From the NCBI RefSeq assembly GCF_009914755.1, contig NC_060935.1: a DNA stretch of 64,000 nt. One strand, 5' to 3'. This document shows positions 13,850 through 26,885 of the stretch, piece by piece (position 1 is the first letter of the stretch; each line of letters starts with the position of its first letter). Both the position numbers and the translations under genes were made by a program. The notes beneath the pieces are model-generated. The model had not been told where the DNA came from. It saw only the letters and a program-made list of their open reading frames with translations, and ran no database searches. The DNA comes from the human T2T-CHM13v2.0 reference genome, Homo sapiens.

Positions 13850-15499
13850 TGGGGGCAGTTTCTCATGTTTAACACCATCCCCCTTGGTGCTATCATTGCC
13901 AGTGAGTCTCTCCTGAGACCTGATTGTTTAAAAGTGTGTGGCTCCTGCTCCAGTCATGTGAGACATTCCTGCTTTCCTTTCACCTTCCACTATGATTGTA
14001 AGTTTCCTGAAGCTCCCCAGAAGCAGAAGCTGCTATGCTTCCTGTACAGCCTGCAGATCCATGAGCCAATTAAACCTCTTTTCTATACAAATTACCTGGT
14101 CTTGAGTAATTCTTTATTGCAGTGTGAGGATGAACTAATACACTAGTTATGTCTCCACTGAAGATTTGTGGTTGTCTACTAGATAGAAGAAAGCTAGTCC
14201 ACTTTAGCTGCAGAGCTAACTGATAAGAAGACAGATCACTACTTAGGCAAAGAAAAAAATAAAGGAAACAAACAAAAACCAAAAAAACAAGAAATATGGA
14301 TAATTGTCAGACAAGACAAAACAGTGCCTTGTCAAGAAATATGAAGAGTTTTTCTCGAGGAATCCCAAAATGATTTATTTGATCAACTAGTAACTGGCTC
14401 TGGAGCCCACAGAAAGTTCTAAGAGATCACTAGGAAGAGAATAGATGTGGAGAGGGAGAAAAGCCACTGGAGCTGGCCCAGAGAAGGATTTAGAAAATAT
14501 AATATGGCAAAGTAAGCTAATATTTTATTATAGAAGTCCTGGTTTATTATTATTTTAAAAAATAGTGTAAATTCTAATACTAGGAGAAAAATCATCATTT
14601 AGAAATATGATTAATGTTAGAGAGTTAATCAGCTAATTGAGCAAAGATAAAAACTATAACTAGACTGGTTTTTAATTTAGACAATATGTTGGAAATTATT
14701 TGATTCCATTGTTGATTTTTAAAGCCTTTTAATTTTATTCCCTTTTTTCAAGCAACTGTCTAGGTGGAATACTCATATAATAGATAAAACAGCCCCGAGC
14801 CCATTTCAGGATGAAGTAGGGATTGTGGAGCCTCTTTTTCCAGTCTCCTTGGTGGTCTCTAAGTCACTACCTGGAGGGCTCCACAAGGCCATGTGTGCAA
14901 ACCAGCCACTGTGACAAGGCTGGAATTTGAACACCTGGGGAAATGCTTTATTATACAACTGAGCTGCTATAAATGGTTTAGAAAGTATTTTTAAACTTAT
15001 GAACATTATAATGTTCACATTTTTCTCTTTCATCCCATATAGGAAGTATTACAGGGTAATTTGAGAGTCTTTTCTTTGGATTAACTTAATTTCAAGGAAT
15101 ATTCATCCACTTAATTATTAACATTTGACGTGAGTTCTACTCTTTCAGAAGGACATTTTCTTATGACTAATCTCTCTTGTTATTGATTTTTAATCTCTAC
15201 CAGATGAAGATTTTCTTGGCCTCCTGGCTCAGAATTTAGTACATTTCTATTTCCAGGGTTATATTATGTTTTACTGGCTGATGCACCTTAACATTCAGTG
15301 TATAACTGAGGATAACAGAGGACAGCTTCCTCATATTACCATTAAAATGATGCCAAATGCTACAACGTCTGTTCAAAGTGAATGTTGGATTAATAAACAA
15401 AGCCAAGATACAACCACAACATAAATCCTACTTTAGAACAATTACAAACTCATGCATTTATCCTTCCATCATAAAGTTCAAGCTTGTCAATATTATAAG

Positions 15500-16310
15500 T
15501 GTGATGGTTAGTTTTACCTGTCAACTTGACTGAATTCAGAAATACGTAGGGAATTGGTAAAGCATTACACTTAGGTGTGTCTGAGAGGGTGTTTCCAGGG
15601 AACATTGCAAAGATTGCAGTGTGATTCAGTGGACTAAGTGGGGAAAACTGCCTGCAGTGTGAGTGGATATCAAATTGGCTGGGGTCCAGGATAGAAGAGA
15701 AAAAGAGAGCAAAGTGTTTCCTTGTTCTTGCACTTGGAGCTAGGACACTCTACTCCTCCTGTTCTTGGACACTGGGACTCCAGGCTTTCTGTCCTTGGAA
15801 CTCCAGGATTTACACCAGCAGCCTCCTGGGTTATCAAGCCTTTTCCCTCAGACTGAGAATTACAACATCAGCTTTTCTGGTTTTGAGTTGTCTCAACTCG
15901 GACTGAGCCAAGCTACCAGCATCCCAGGGTCTCCAGCCTGCAGATGTCCTGTTGTGGAACTCCTCAGCTTCCATCACCACAAGAGCAAATTTACCTAATA
16001 TGTTCTCTTTCATATATCTATATCTATACTTTTATCTATGTATCCATTAATATCTATAGATGTCTATCTAATTATAGTGCAAGGAGATAGCATTATTTTC
16101 ATTAAACAAGCACATATGTGATATCATGTAAAGTCATGTCATAAAAAGTTTGTGAATAAATATAACCCAAGCCAAGGAACACGTAATTGGCCAGATGGTT
16201 GTGATCTTCCTTCTGAGTGAATTCACAGTGTTGGCTTAGTACTAGATTATCTAACTACTTATGGATAGATAGACCCTATTGGTTCTGTCTCTCTGGGGAA
16301 CCCTAATACA
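15500..16310 (+). mobile_element. MLT2 (ERVL, MLT2B-like) solo LTR with an internal foreign insert
   Basis: tgtgatggttagttttacctgtcaacttgac...ggaaccctaataca; perfect 5-bp TSD ATAAG (15495-15499 / 16311-16315). Confidence 0.9.
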
Positions 16311-16529
16311 ATAAGCATGACCCCGCATGATACAATCCCTGCCTTCTCATTATTTCTCAATGCTCTTTCTTCAGTTGTCCAATTTCTCTTCATCCTTTAA
16401 AATACTACCTCAGGATGACTTTTCATGATGAAGTTAAGTAGCCTCATCTCTTTATTGCTTGTTTGCTAAATACGTTATCTTGCATTGTGTTGTATTATTA
16501 CCATAAATATGCTTAGCCTCTACCAACTA

Positions 16530-16700
16530 GAATAATAACAAAGTCCAATATAGCATTTTTAATCTGTTCACAGAGGTGAACTCATTTAATCTTCACAGCT
16601 CCATGCAGTAGAATGATTATTATCATCATCTCCATTTTACTTATGAGCCAACTGAGAAGAAGTTACACAGTTGGGATTTGGATCCAGGCAGATTTCAAAG
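16530..16700 (-). mobile_element. MIR fragment
   Basis: ctcatttaatcttcac...ccattttac..atgag..aactgag. Confidence 0.6.
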
Positions 16701-17703
16701 CTTATATAAAATATGTTCCCTCTCAATCTTGTAGGCTCCTTGAAAGCTTAGAGAATGTCTTGATACTTCAATACTTGCTGATCTGAACCCAAGTTAATAT
16801 GGCACATACTATTTCCACTACTGATACTTCCACTAGACCTTTGTAGAGGTGTCTCATCAGGCATAGCCTTAGTTTCAAAAGGAAAAATAATAGTCTGGGA
16901 CTGTAAAGCCTTCCATAAATTTAAATGGCAACACTGAAAATGAACACTGCATTCACTCAGAAAGAAGGTCACAGTCATCCTGCCAATTAGGTATTTCTTT
17001 GCTTGGATTATATTGCTTAACAAACTTTTTATGATTTTTTACATTATACTGCGTATGCACTTGTTTAATGAGAGTCATGATATCTCCTTGCACTTGGCTT
17101 TCTCACAGTGCTGCAGCTCAGGTAAATGGGGGAAAGGATTCTAGGATGTGAACTGACTTAGCAATGCTGTGCATGCTACTTTGCTGATTTCCCTTTGCCT
17201 GTTGGAGAACATTCACCTGGATTTATTTACCACTATAATCACTCAGAAAATATCTCCTGGGTTCTTGTGTATTCATAAGCAAGGGTTCTGAAGAAAACAA
17301 GACCATGGCTTGAGGGCATTTTCAGTGATGCCACAGATCAGCAAGTCATTCATTTTGTGCACACTGGTCACACAGTGTTTGTCACCAGCGTGATGCTACT
17401 GGTGATCAAAAGCTGTATACAGCAAAAATAATTAAAGTGAAGAAAGGCTTTAGCATGTAGAGAAAGGCACTAACCAAACTAGTGAGACCAAAAATACTTT
17501 TTCAAAATCCAATTGGTATGGAGTCCAACATCTAACAAAATGTGATTTTTGTGGAATGGCAGAGGTTTTCTACAGTGTTTTATTTCCTTGGTCATGAAGG
17601 CAAAACAATAGAAGAGAGAGTATACAAAAAGGATTCCAAAAGAAAAAAACAATGATTGAATGACTGTAAGAGAAGTCATTCCTTCTAAATATATGTCCTA
17701 GAG

Positions 17704-18192
17704 CTCTTGTCCCCAACATTTTTGCACCAGGAACCAATTTCATGGAAGGCAATTTTTTTCCACAGACTGGGGCAGGGGGATCGTTTGGGGATGATTCAAG
17801 TACATTACATTAATTTTGCACTGTATTTCTAATATTATTACATAGTAATAATAATGAAATAATTATACAACTCATCGTAATATTGAATCAGTGTGAACCC
17901 TGAGCTTGTTTTCCTGTAGCTAGATGGTCCCATCTGGGGCTGATGGGAGACAGTGACAGGTCATCAGGTATTAGATTCTCATAAGGAGCACAAAACCTAG
18001 ATTGCTGATATGTGCACTTTACAATAGGGTTTGCCCTCCTATGAAGACCTAATGCCACCACTGATCTGACAAGAATCAGAACTCAGGTGGTAATGGGATC
18101 GATAGACTGTAAATATAGATGAAGTTTTGCTCACTGGCCCACCACTCATCTCCTCCTATGCGGCCTGGTTCCTAACAGGCCAGGGACCACTG
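17704..18192 (+). mobile_element. MER1A (hAT-Charlie)
   Basis: gtccccaacatttttgcaccagg ... gggaccactg; flanked by cctagag on both sides; homologous to the copy at 31987. Confidence 0.9.
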
Positions 18193-18529
18193 CCTAGAGT
18201 ATCTGATAACCAGGGTGGCACTTGATTTCTGATACTCAAGTCAGTGGAGTTTGCATGTACCACCAATTTTGTTGTCAAATATCTACTTTCAAACTTGTGC
18301 TTTTTCAACGTATCTGTAGGATGTCCACTAAAAGATTTCTCTACACTATGTATATCAAAGAATTTCTACATAATTTATAAGTCATTTTCCAAGAAGACAC
18401 AATGACTATAAGTCTCTGTGACTTAAGACTCTGTGTCTTCCAAGAAGACACAGTGACTATAAGTCTCAACTATAAGGCTCAACTATAGTTGAGATAGAAA
18501 AAAACTCTTCTCTAGACAAGTAGTTAAGA

Positions 18530-19250
18530 TCCAAGGAGAAAATGACTTTGTCCTTATATTTTCAGTCCAGATTCCTGTTTTAAACTCTGTCCCCTACTTC
18601 TGCTTTATAGCTTTATTTGACTGTCTGACAAGTGCCTCAAAACTTAAAAAATTCCAAATGCAACTCAATCATTACTCCCTCCACAAAAACTTCTATTTGT
18701 AAAACAAACCTAGTGCTAATCATTTCAATCAATGCTAACATCTTCTACCTGCTGACCAAGTCAGAATGTCTTGGGATTCTGAGGGTGTGCTGAAGAATTG
18801 TGGGAAGTCACCAGGGAGAAGAGGACATGTGAAGGCACACAGGAAAAAAACGTACAGACATAAAAGGCAAACATTGAAATCTAACATAAAATATTGTCAT
18901 GGCCACCTAATTCCTTCTTATTCTTCTTCTGACAATGTATCTATCACCAAACCCTGTATTTTCTATCCCTGACAGAGTCCTCAAATCTTTCCATTTCTCT
19001 TTCTTCAACTCTTTAGTCTAAACTACCATTATTTCTTCCATTTATTATTGCATTAGGCTCTCCGTTGATCTTCCAAATCTTCTCCTGTCTTTATACAATT
19101 CACCGGCTCACATTTGTAATCAGAGTAATTTTTGTTCATTGCAAATCTTATCACATTACTCTCCAAGTTAACATCTTTCATGAGTTTCCACTGTCCAGAA
19201 AAACAAACCTTTAAATTCTTAGTAAGGTACTGGCAAAGCCAACTAGCACC
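18530..19250. mobile_element. L2 LINE remnant
   Basis: Degenerate L2 3' motifs (caaatcttatcacattactc, ctcaatcattactccc); boundaries approximate. Confidence 0.5.
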
Positions 19251-19277
19251 TAACTTTGATTCATTCTTGACCCTACT

Positions 19278-19841
<564 letters not shown>

Positions 19842-21879
19842 TCTTTTTCCTTTTTTGATTTCAGTTATTCTCAGCTTCTTTCACATATATGAATTCACTA
19901 TACTTAAATACAATTCAATCCTTGAATATGATAGTTCTTCTTTCTAGGATAATCTGTACATTGTCCCCTCTGACCTGTAACCCTTGACCTGATCAACTAT
20001 CCCTCAATCTTACTTCTTAGCTTAGTAACTTAGAAAAGCTTTTCCTGAATTCTCATACTAGGCATATGAGATTTGTTCCTTTTGCCATAAGTTCTCATAG
20101 AATGCAGTATCTTCCCTCATAATTACAAAAATATTGTCAGCTTTTTCTACAATACTATCAATTCCTTGGATGTATGTCATATCTGTATCATTTATTTAAA
20201 CTCTAGGGCCTAATATATTACAGTACCCTGCTCTTAGTACTCTTTCAATAGATATTTTTTGAATAGTCAATAAATTAATGACTTAATCTATAGGTAAACA
20301 AATGAATTAGAATACCTTTCATCAAGACTACAAAATTTTGGTAAACTTGATCTTGGCTTACATTACAACAGGGCTATATTGGAGTCAGTTGGCCTATAAC
20401 TCTCATTACCACCATTTCTTTCCCAGTGTAGGGAACTGGATAATTAATCACATCTATGAACATCCTGTGGCTTCTTAGATTTTGGAAGTCTGATTTTAGG
20501 TACCGTCAATGTTAATGAAAATTTGAGAAGCCTGAATTCATCTTTGTCAGCATTTAGTAATGGTAAAGTTTCTAAGAAACCACAATCGAGTGTGAGGTGA
20601 AATCAAAGATAAACGAAAATTTTCTATCTTGGAATCAGAGTAAATGCTTCTGCCATTTTATGTGTTTCACCTAATGAAACATATTCCTTGTCTGGACCAC
20701 ATACAATGAGATTTTCAAATATCCATCCAACTATTATCTCAGTAAAACAGCAGGGTTGGATTATCTCTGCTTTTCTTGATGTGAATCTTATAGACATATT
20801 TTATATTTATCAGCTTCCTCTCTGTGGAGAAATATAACAAGAAAATCAATGAAACATTTTATAAAATTTCTTAGGGACGGAGAAATTTCTGCGACATTTA
20901 GGTGGCATTTAAATATCTCGATCACAAAAGGAAGTCCCATCTGGTTGAAATGAAAGGAAAGTGTCTGTCCTGTAGCTTTCCCAGACATAAATTTAGCTCA
21001 CAAAGCCATTCATTCAAGCTACAGACAATAATACAATGATGCATTTTTGGACATATTCCATTATAATTTGGACAATCAGCAACCTTCCTAATATTGGTCA
21101 CAAAAGCACTAAAATGGGAATGCCATCAGTTTCCTTCAAAAAGGGGACTTTTAATGGAACCACATAGGAAATGCCATGACTTGGACAAGTGCAAAGGAGA
21201 AATGTTCTCTTGGGCAAGAAAAGTTTGTTGTTGTCAAAAAATATTTATATTCTCCGCTTGCTGCAGAGAGCAAGAAGGCAACATGTAGTATAGATTTCTT
21301 TCAAATGTCTAGAACGAATTCAATTTAGAGTAGTTTTGAAGTCATCCGTATTAATTGGGCATGCTGGAGAAGAGAAATTGAGACCTCCTAGCATAGTCTG
21401 CACTATACACCGTCCGTCCATTTCTGGGGTATGTAAATAAGAACCAGAGCAGAGTTTAGGCAAAAACTCAAGTAAAGACAAAAAAAAAGTCTAAGCAATT
21501 AAAAAATGGATGAAGACAGATCAAAAACTGAGACTTCCTTTCATTAAAATACTTGCGGGTTATGGTAAGTTCCCCAACTGTAAAGAAAACTAAGAACCTT
21601 CTCTTTCGTATTTCATGACAGTTTGTGATATATCTCTATCAAACGATCATAAACAGTATGTACTACTCTTCATAAAACAAGGGCTTATTCTTAATTCATA
21701 CCTTATTTTGATATATTCAAAAGATGTTGAAGAATCTCTTCAAGTTTATATAAATGCCTAGACCCAGCAAACGTTATTAGCATGTAGGCTCTGTGCTCAG
21801 AGTGAGCAGAGCCTACGTAATAAACAGTAACACATATCAGGCTCTACAAATCTAATTTGTATTAAATTACTTAATTGTT

Positions 21880-22020
21880 ATAATAATTCTATAAGGAAAT
21901 TACTATTATTATCTTCATTTCTCATCTGAGGAAGCAAAGGCAGAAAGAGATTAAATAACATGCCTAAGGTCACACAGCTAGTCGGGTATGGGGGCTGGGA
22001 TTCAAACCATCTGAAATATA
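21880..22020 (-). mobile_element. MIR fragment
   Basis: aggcagaaagagattaaataacatgcctaaggtcacacagctagt...ggattcaaacc. Confidence 0.75.
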
Positions 22021-22043
22021 TGTGGCTGAAAAATCTAATTGGC

Positions 22044-22403
<360 letters not shown>

Positions 22404-23389
22404 CTACTACACTAGAGCCTCACTACCACTGTAAGTGGCTTCTCAACTCTCTGACTCAAACTGGGAAAAGGATAGTGTCCAGACAAAAGTTTTCCTGGGG
22501 CCGAAGTCACAAACATATTCATGCACACATACATACAGAGGGGCTTTTAAAATACCATCATTTAGAGATCATTCCTTGGAATATAGGAAACAAACTATCC
22601 CCTTAAAACTATGGTGATGACACTGGTAAACCCAATATACCCACCCACCCAAGTAAAAGGAGATAAGTAATATGAAAACAAAAGTCAATTTTTTTAAAAA
22701 GTAGTTACAATATTCCATTAGCCAAGGTGATAATATCAGCACAGATAAGTAATGAGAATCTTTATTTTAAAAATCTTTATCTCAATACAAGTCCTTCAAC
22801 TTGGCAAAGTATTTAAACAACAAAGCCTTAAAGATTAATATCTATAATATTTTTAAAGAAAGGAAATATTTTCCTAACACATCTTCTTTCCCTCAAGATC
22901 CTAGAAGATGGAGAAATAATATATCTACACTTCTGCATTCAATCAAATTTAAATTCCCCATGACTAACTTCCCCAAAATATTACTGGATAAATCATTCAG
23001 TGTTTCTCTTGAGGCATCAAGAAACAATATCATGGCTGTCACCCCTAGAATCAACAGCTAAGAAATGGCAGATGTAGATTGTAGAGACATGCAAATATAT
23101 TTTGATGAATAGGGTACCCTAAACAGTAGCTGAAAAATGTAAAGTACTCTGCTCAACCATATATCAACTACATATTTTACATAGCCTAATCTTTCATTTA
23201 TTCTCCTTAAAAAATACAGTGGTGTTGAAAAGGAAACAAGAATGTTAAGCAAAAATTGGTGGCTGATATAAAACAGAGTCACCTGACTTTGAGTGCCTTT
23301 TTTCTTACATGTAAAATGAAAGAAGATATTTCCATCCATTTGTTTATAAATTAAACAAACACATTGCATAGTATGATAATGAACTAGAC

Positions 23390-23532
23390 CAGTGGTTTAA
23401 ATACTATAATATGCATGCCAATCAGCCTGTAATACCATGAAATGCAGATTAGTTTTGAGATGGGGCTCAAAATTCTGCATTTCTAAGAGATGCTGCCACT
23501 GCTATTCTGTGGACCACCCTTTGAATAGCAAG
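23390..23532. mobile_element. MER5A
   Basis: cagtggttt...aaatgcagatt...tctgcatttctaa...ggaccaccctttgaatagc. Confidence 0.7.
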
Positions 23533-23561
23533 AAATTAGACTAGAATTATCTGACTGAGAT

Positions 23562-24744
23562 TTTCTTTTTTTTTTAAACCTTCATTATAACTTAAGGGGT
23601 ACATTTGCAAGATGTGCAGGTTTATTCCACAGGTAAACTTGTGTCATGGGTGTTTATTCTATAGATTATTTCATCAACCCAGTATTAAGCCTCGTATCCA
23701 TTAGTTATTTTTCCTGATCCTCTTCCTCCTCCTACCCTCTGCCCTCCAATGGTCCCCAGGGTGTGTTGTTCCCCTCTATATGTCTATGTGTTCTCATCAT
23801 TTAGCTCCCACTTATAATTGAGAACATGCCATGTTTGGTTTTCTGTTCTGGTGTTAGTTTGCTAAGGATAATGGTCTCCAGCTCAATCCATGTCCTTGAG
23901 AAGGGCATAATCTTGTTCTTTTTTATGACTGCATAGTATTCCATGGTGTATCATGTACCACATTTTCTTTATCCAGTCTATTATTAGTGGGCATTTAGGT
24001 TGATTCCCTGTCTTTGCTGTTGTGAATAGTGCTGTAATGGACAAAAGCATACATATGTCTTTACAATAGAATGATTTATATTCCTTTGGGTATATACCCA
24101 GTAATAACATTGCTGGGTCAAATTTCTGTCCTTAGGTCTTTGAAGAATCACCACACTGTCTTCCACAATGGTTGAACTAATTTACGCATGACACAAACCA
24201 GCAGTGTATAAGCATTCCTTTTTCTCCAGAGCCTCTCCAGGAACCCTTCCTTACATCATGTACAAAAGTTAACTCAAAATGGATTAAAGACTTAAATGTA
24301 AAATCCAAACCTATATAAACTTTGGAAGACAACCTAGGCAATACCAGTCAGGACACAGGCATGGGCAAAGATTTCTGGATGAAGACTCCAAAAGCAATTG
24401 CAACAAAAGCAAAATCTGACAAATGGGATTTAATTAAACTAAAGAAACTATCAACAGAGTAAACAGACAACCTACAAGACGGGAGAAAATTTTTTGCAAA
24501 CTATGCATCTGACAAAGGTCTAATATCCAGCATCTATAAGGAACTTAGACAAATTTACAAGAAAAAACAACCCCATTAAAAAGTGGGCAAAAGACATGAA
24601 CAGACACTTCTCAAAGGAAGACATATATGTGGCTAATAAGCGTATGAAAAAAAGCCCAACATCCCTGATCATTAGAGAAATGCAAATCAAAATCACAATG
24701 AGATACCATTTCACACCATTCAGAATAGATATTATTAAGAAGTC
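23562..24744 (-). mobile_element. Older L1PA/L1PB, 5'-truncated and 5'-inverted (antisense 23562-24240, sense 24241-24744)
   Basis: 3'UTR/ORF2 end on the minus strand, then an upstream ORF2 segment on the plus strand; degenerate TSD ctgactgagattttct / ccaactgaaatttct. Confidence 0.92.
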
Positions 24745-24928
24745 CAACTGAAATTTCTATATTGATGAAAATGTTCTATTTCAGTTCTTCCCAATGTTGT
24801 AGTCATTAGTCATATGTGACTATGGAGCATGTGAATGTAGCTAAGTGAGGAATTTTAAATTTAATTTTGTCATGGAAATTCAACTTTAAATAGGCACATG
24901 TTGCCAGTTGCTACTATACTGGACAATG
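24744..24928 (+). mobile_element. MER3 (hAT-Charlie), interrupted near its 5' end by the inverted L1
   Basis: gatgaaaatgttctat...tagtcattagtcatatgtgactat...gctactatactggaca. Confidence 0.75.
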
Positions 24929-25045
24929 TATTCTCATAAAGATGAGCAAGCTGACCATCTAATGGAGAATAACATATTTAATTGGATTATTGGGATGTGA
25001 TATGTTCAATCCTATAACAGTACTATTGACAAAATAATATGGAAG

Positions 25046-25335
25046 CATAAGAAAAAAGTAAAGAAAGAAAGAAAGAAAAGAAAGGAAGGAAAGGAAGGAA
25101 GGAAGGTAGGAAGGAAGGAAAGAAGGAAGGAAGAAAGAGGAAAGGAAAGGGGAAAGGAAAGGAAGACAAGAAGGAAAGAAAGAAGGAAGGGAGAGAGGGA
25201 GAGAGAGAGAGAGAAGGAAAGAAAGAAAAAGAAAAGAAAGAAAGAAAGAAAGTAGGAAAGAGAAAGAAAGAAAAAAGGAAAGAAAGAAAGAAAGAAAGAA
25301 AGAAAGAGAAAAAGAAAGAAAGAAAGACAGACAGA
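25046..25335 (+). repeat. About 290-bp compound polypurine tract (GAAA/GGAA/GA)n
   Basis: Almost pyrimidine-free on the + strand; explains the three F/S/L-rich ORFs at 24959-25501. Confidence 0.97.
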
Positions 25336-25727
25336 CATGACATTTGAGCAGGTAATAGTTAAACATGCTGGTCTTTACTTCTCTAACTAGCAAATGCAAT
25401 GGTCCTGTAGCCATGCAATAGAAGTAGGGTGAATGAGAGAGGAGAATGGCATTTGAATTTTGCCTTCTCAAGATCTGGATTAGTTGCCACGATCTCTCCA
25501 ATATAGCAAAGAATTTACATCTAAATTACAATATTGCTACAATTTTATACGTTTAGTTAGAAGGACTAGATGAAGAGCTATGTCTGTATAAATTGGAGTA
25601 TGATAAAAATTTGTGGGAGAATAGAATCATCAACTTTCATGGAGGGAAGTTGGTTGACACCCACTACTCACTGATCCTGAGGCAGAATAAGTTGCCATGA
25701 TTGGTATAAAAAAAACTTCTGACTTAA

Positions 25728-25928
<201 letters not shown>

Positions 25929-26885
25929 TGACACTTATTAATTAAACTCCAGCTGCACCTGCTTTTGAAGGAGAGAAGAGCAAGACAAGCAGGGGGAGGA
26001 GACCCAAGAGTTCTGTGTGGCTTGTTCATACTTCTCAGGATTCTTACCTAATGGGCTTAGTTTAGCATGAAAACAGTAACATTCAGTTTCATCACTATTG
26101 TCTTTTGAGATACATGCTTTTTTCCTCCTTGTACACATTACAGAAAGAATGGCCAGTCATTAAAATTTACACAGTTATGAGTCTATGGGTTTTTCTTCCG
26201 CTGAGTGACTGAAAGATACATTTATCTTCCTTTTTGTTTTTGTTGTTTTGTGTTTCAGTTAATAGGGGGGGAAAGTACCTTATCATAACTATGGTAACAA
26301 AGATGGCTTTTTCTTTTTTATTTTCTTGTAGTTTGGTAATATTGGGGTTAAAAAAAGAAAGCTATAAAGAACATTTTTAAAAAATTGACAAGTAGATGGA
26401 TTGTAGAATAGATAGTATTCATTGTGTCGCTTAAATATTTTGAACTTGAAAACTGTGCTGTTGTTAAGAGTCAAGGGGTAAAACAGCATGATAAATTTAA
26501 CCTACTCTCAAGGTATTTAAAAATCAACTACATATATAATTTTTATTATAATAATTAATATACGTGTAAGCATTTATATACATTTTACACAGACCAACTA
26601 TAAAACAAATTAGCAAAATGAGTAAAACTAGTGAATCTAGTTAAACTATATATGAAAGTTTTCCACATTATATTTGCAACATTTCTGTGAATTTGAAATT
26701 GTTTCAAAATAAAAATAAAGCCAAAGTGATATGATATAAAAGAAGTTTGATTCAGAAGGCTCTGGACATGGTGAAAAGAGTGAGTCCCACTGTGATTGGT
26801 GGAGTGGGGGAAAAAGTTGGTAAAGAAATGTCTGACTCATGAGTTTAAAAGGTGAAAAGTCCAAATCAAATACAGAAAGGATTGG

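Larger units (their letters stand above)
11090..14142 (+). mobile_element. MSTA (ERVL-MaLR) provirus: 5'LTR 11090-11468, MST-int 11469-13398, 3'LTR 13399-13410 + 13762-14142
   Basis: Two homologous LTRs; internal region begins gaaaattggtac and ends with a purine-rich PPT before tgatatgg; ORFs 11864..12280 and 12549..12830 are MaLR internal-ORF remnants. Confidence 0.93.
10790..14226 (+). mobile_element. Old MLT1 (H/I/J-like) LTR split by the MSTA provirus (pieces about 10790-11089 and 14143-14226)
   Basis: ttgctttgatcaatagaacaaggcagaagtga motif on the left; ccactgaagatttgtggttg...agctaactgata MLT1 3' end on the right. Confidence 0.55.

Noticed and set aside
18387-18467. Repeat-spacer-repeat pattern reminiscent of CRISPR
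   Set aside because: Only two copies, the spacer is derived from the repeat itself, the context is primate and there are no cas genes.
24959-25501. 180-aa hydrophobic ORF and overlapping F/S/L-rich ORFs (also 887..1087, 8049..8291)
   Set aside because: Stop-free translation of polypyrimidine simple repeats, not membrane proteins.
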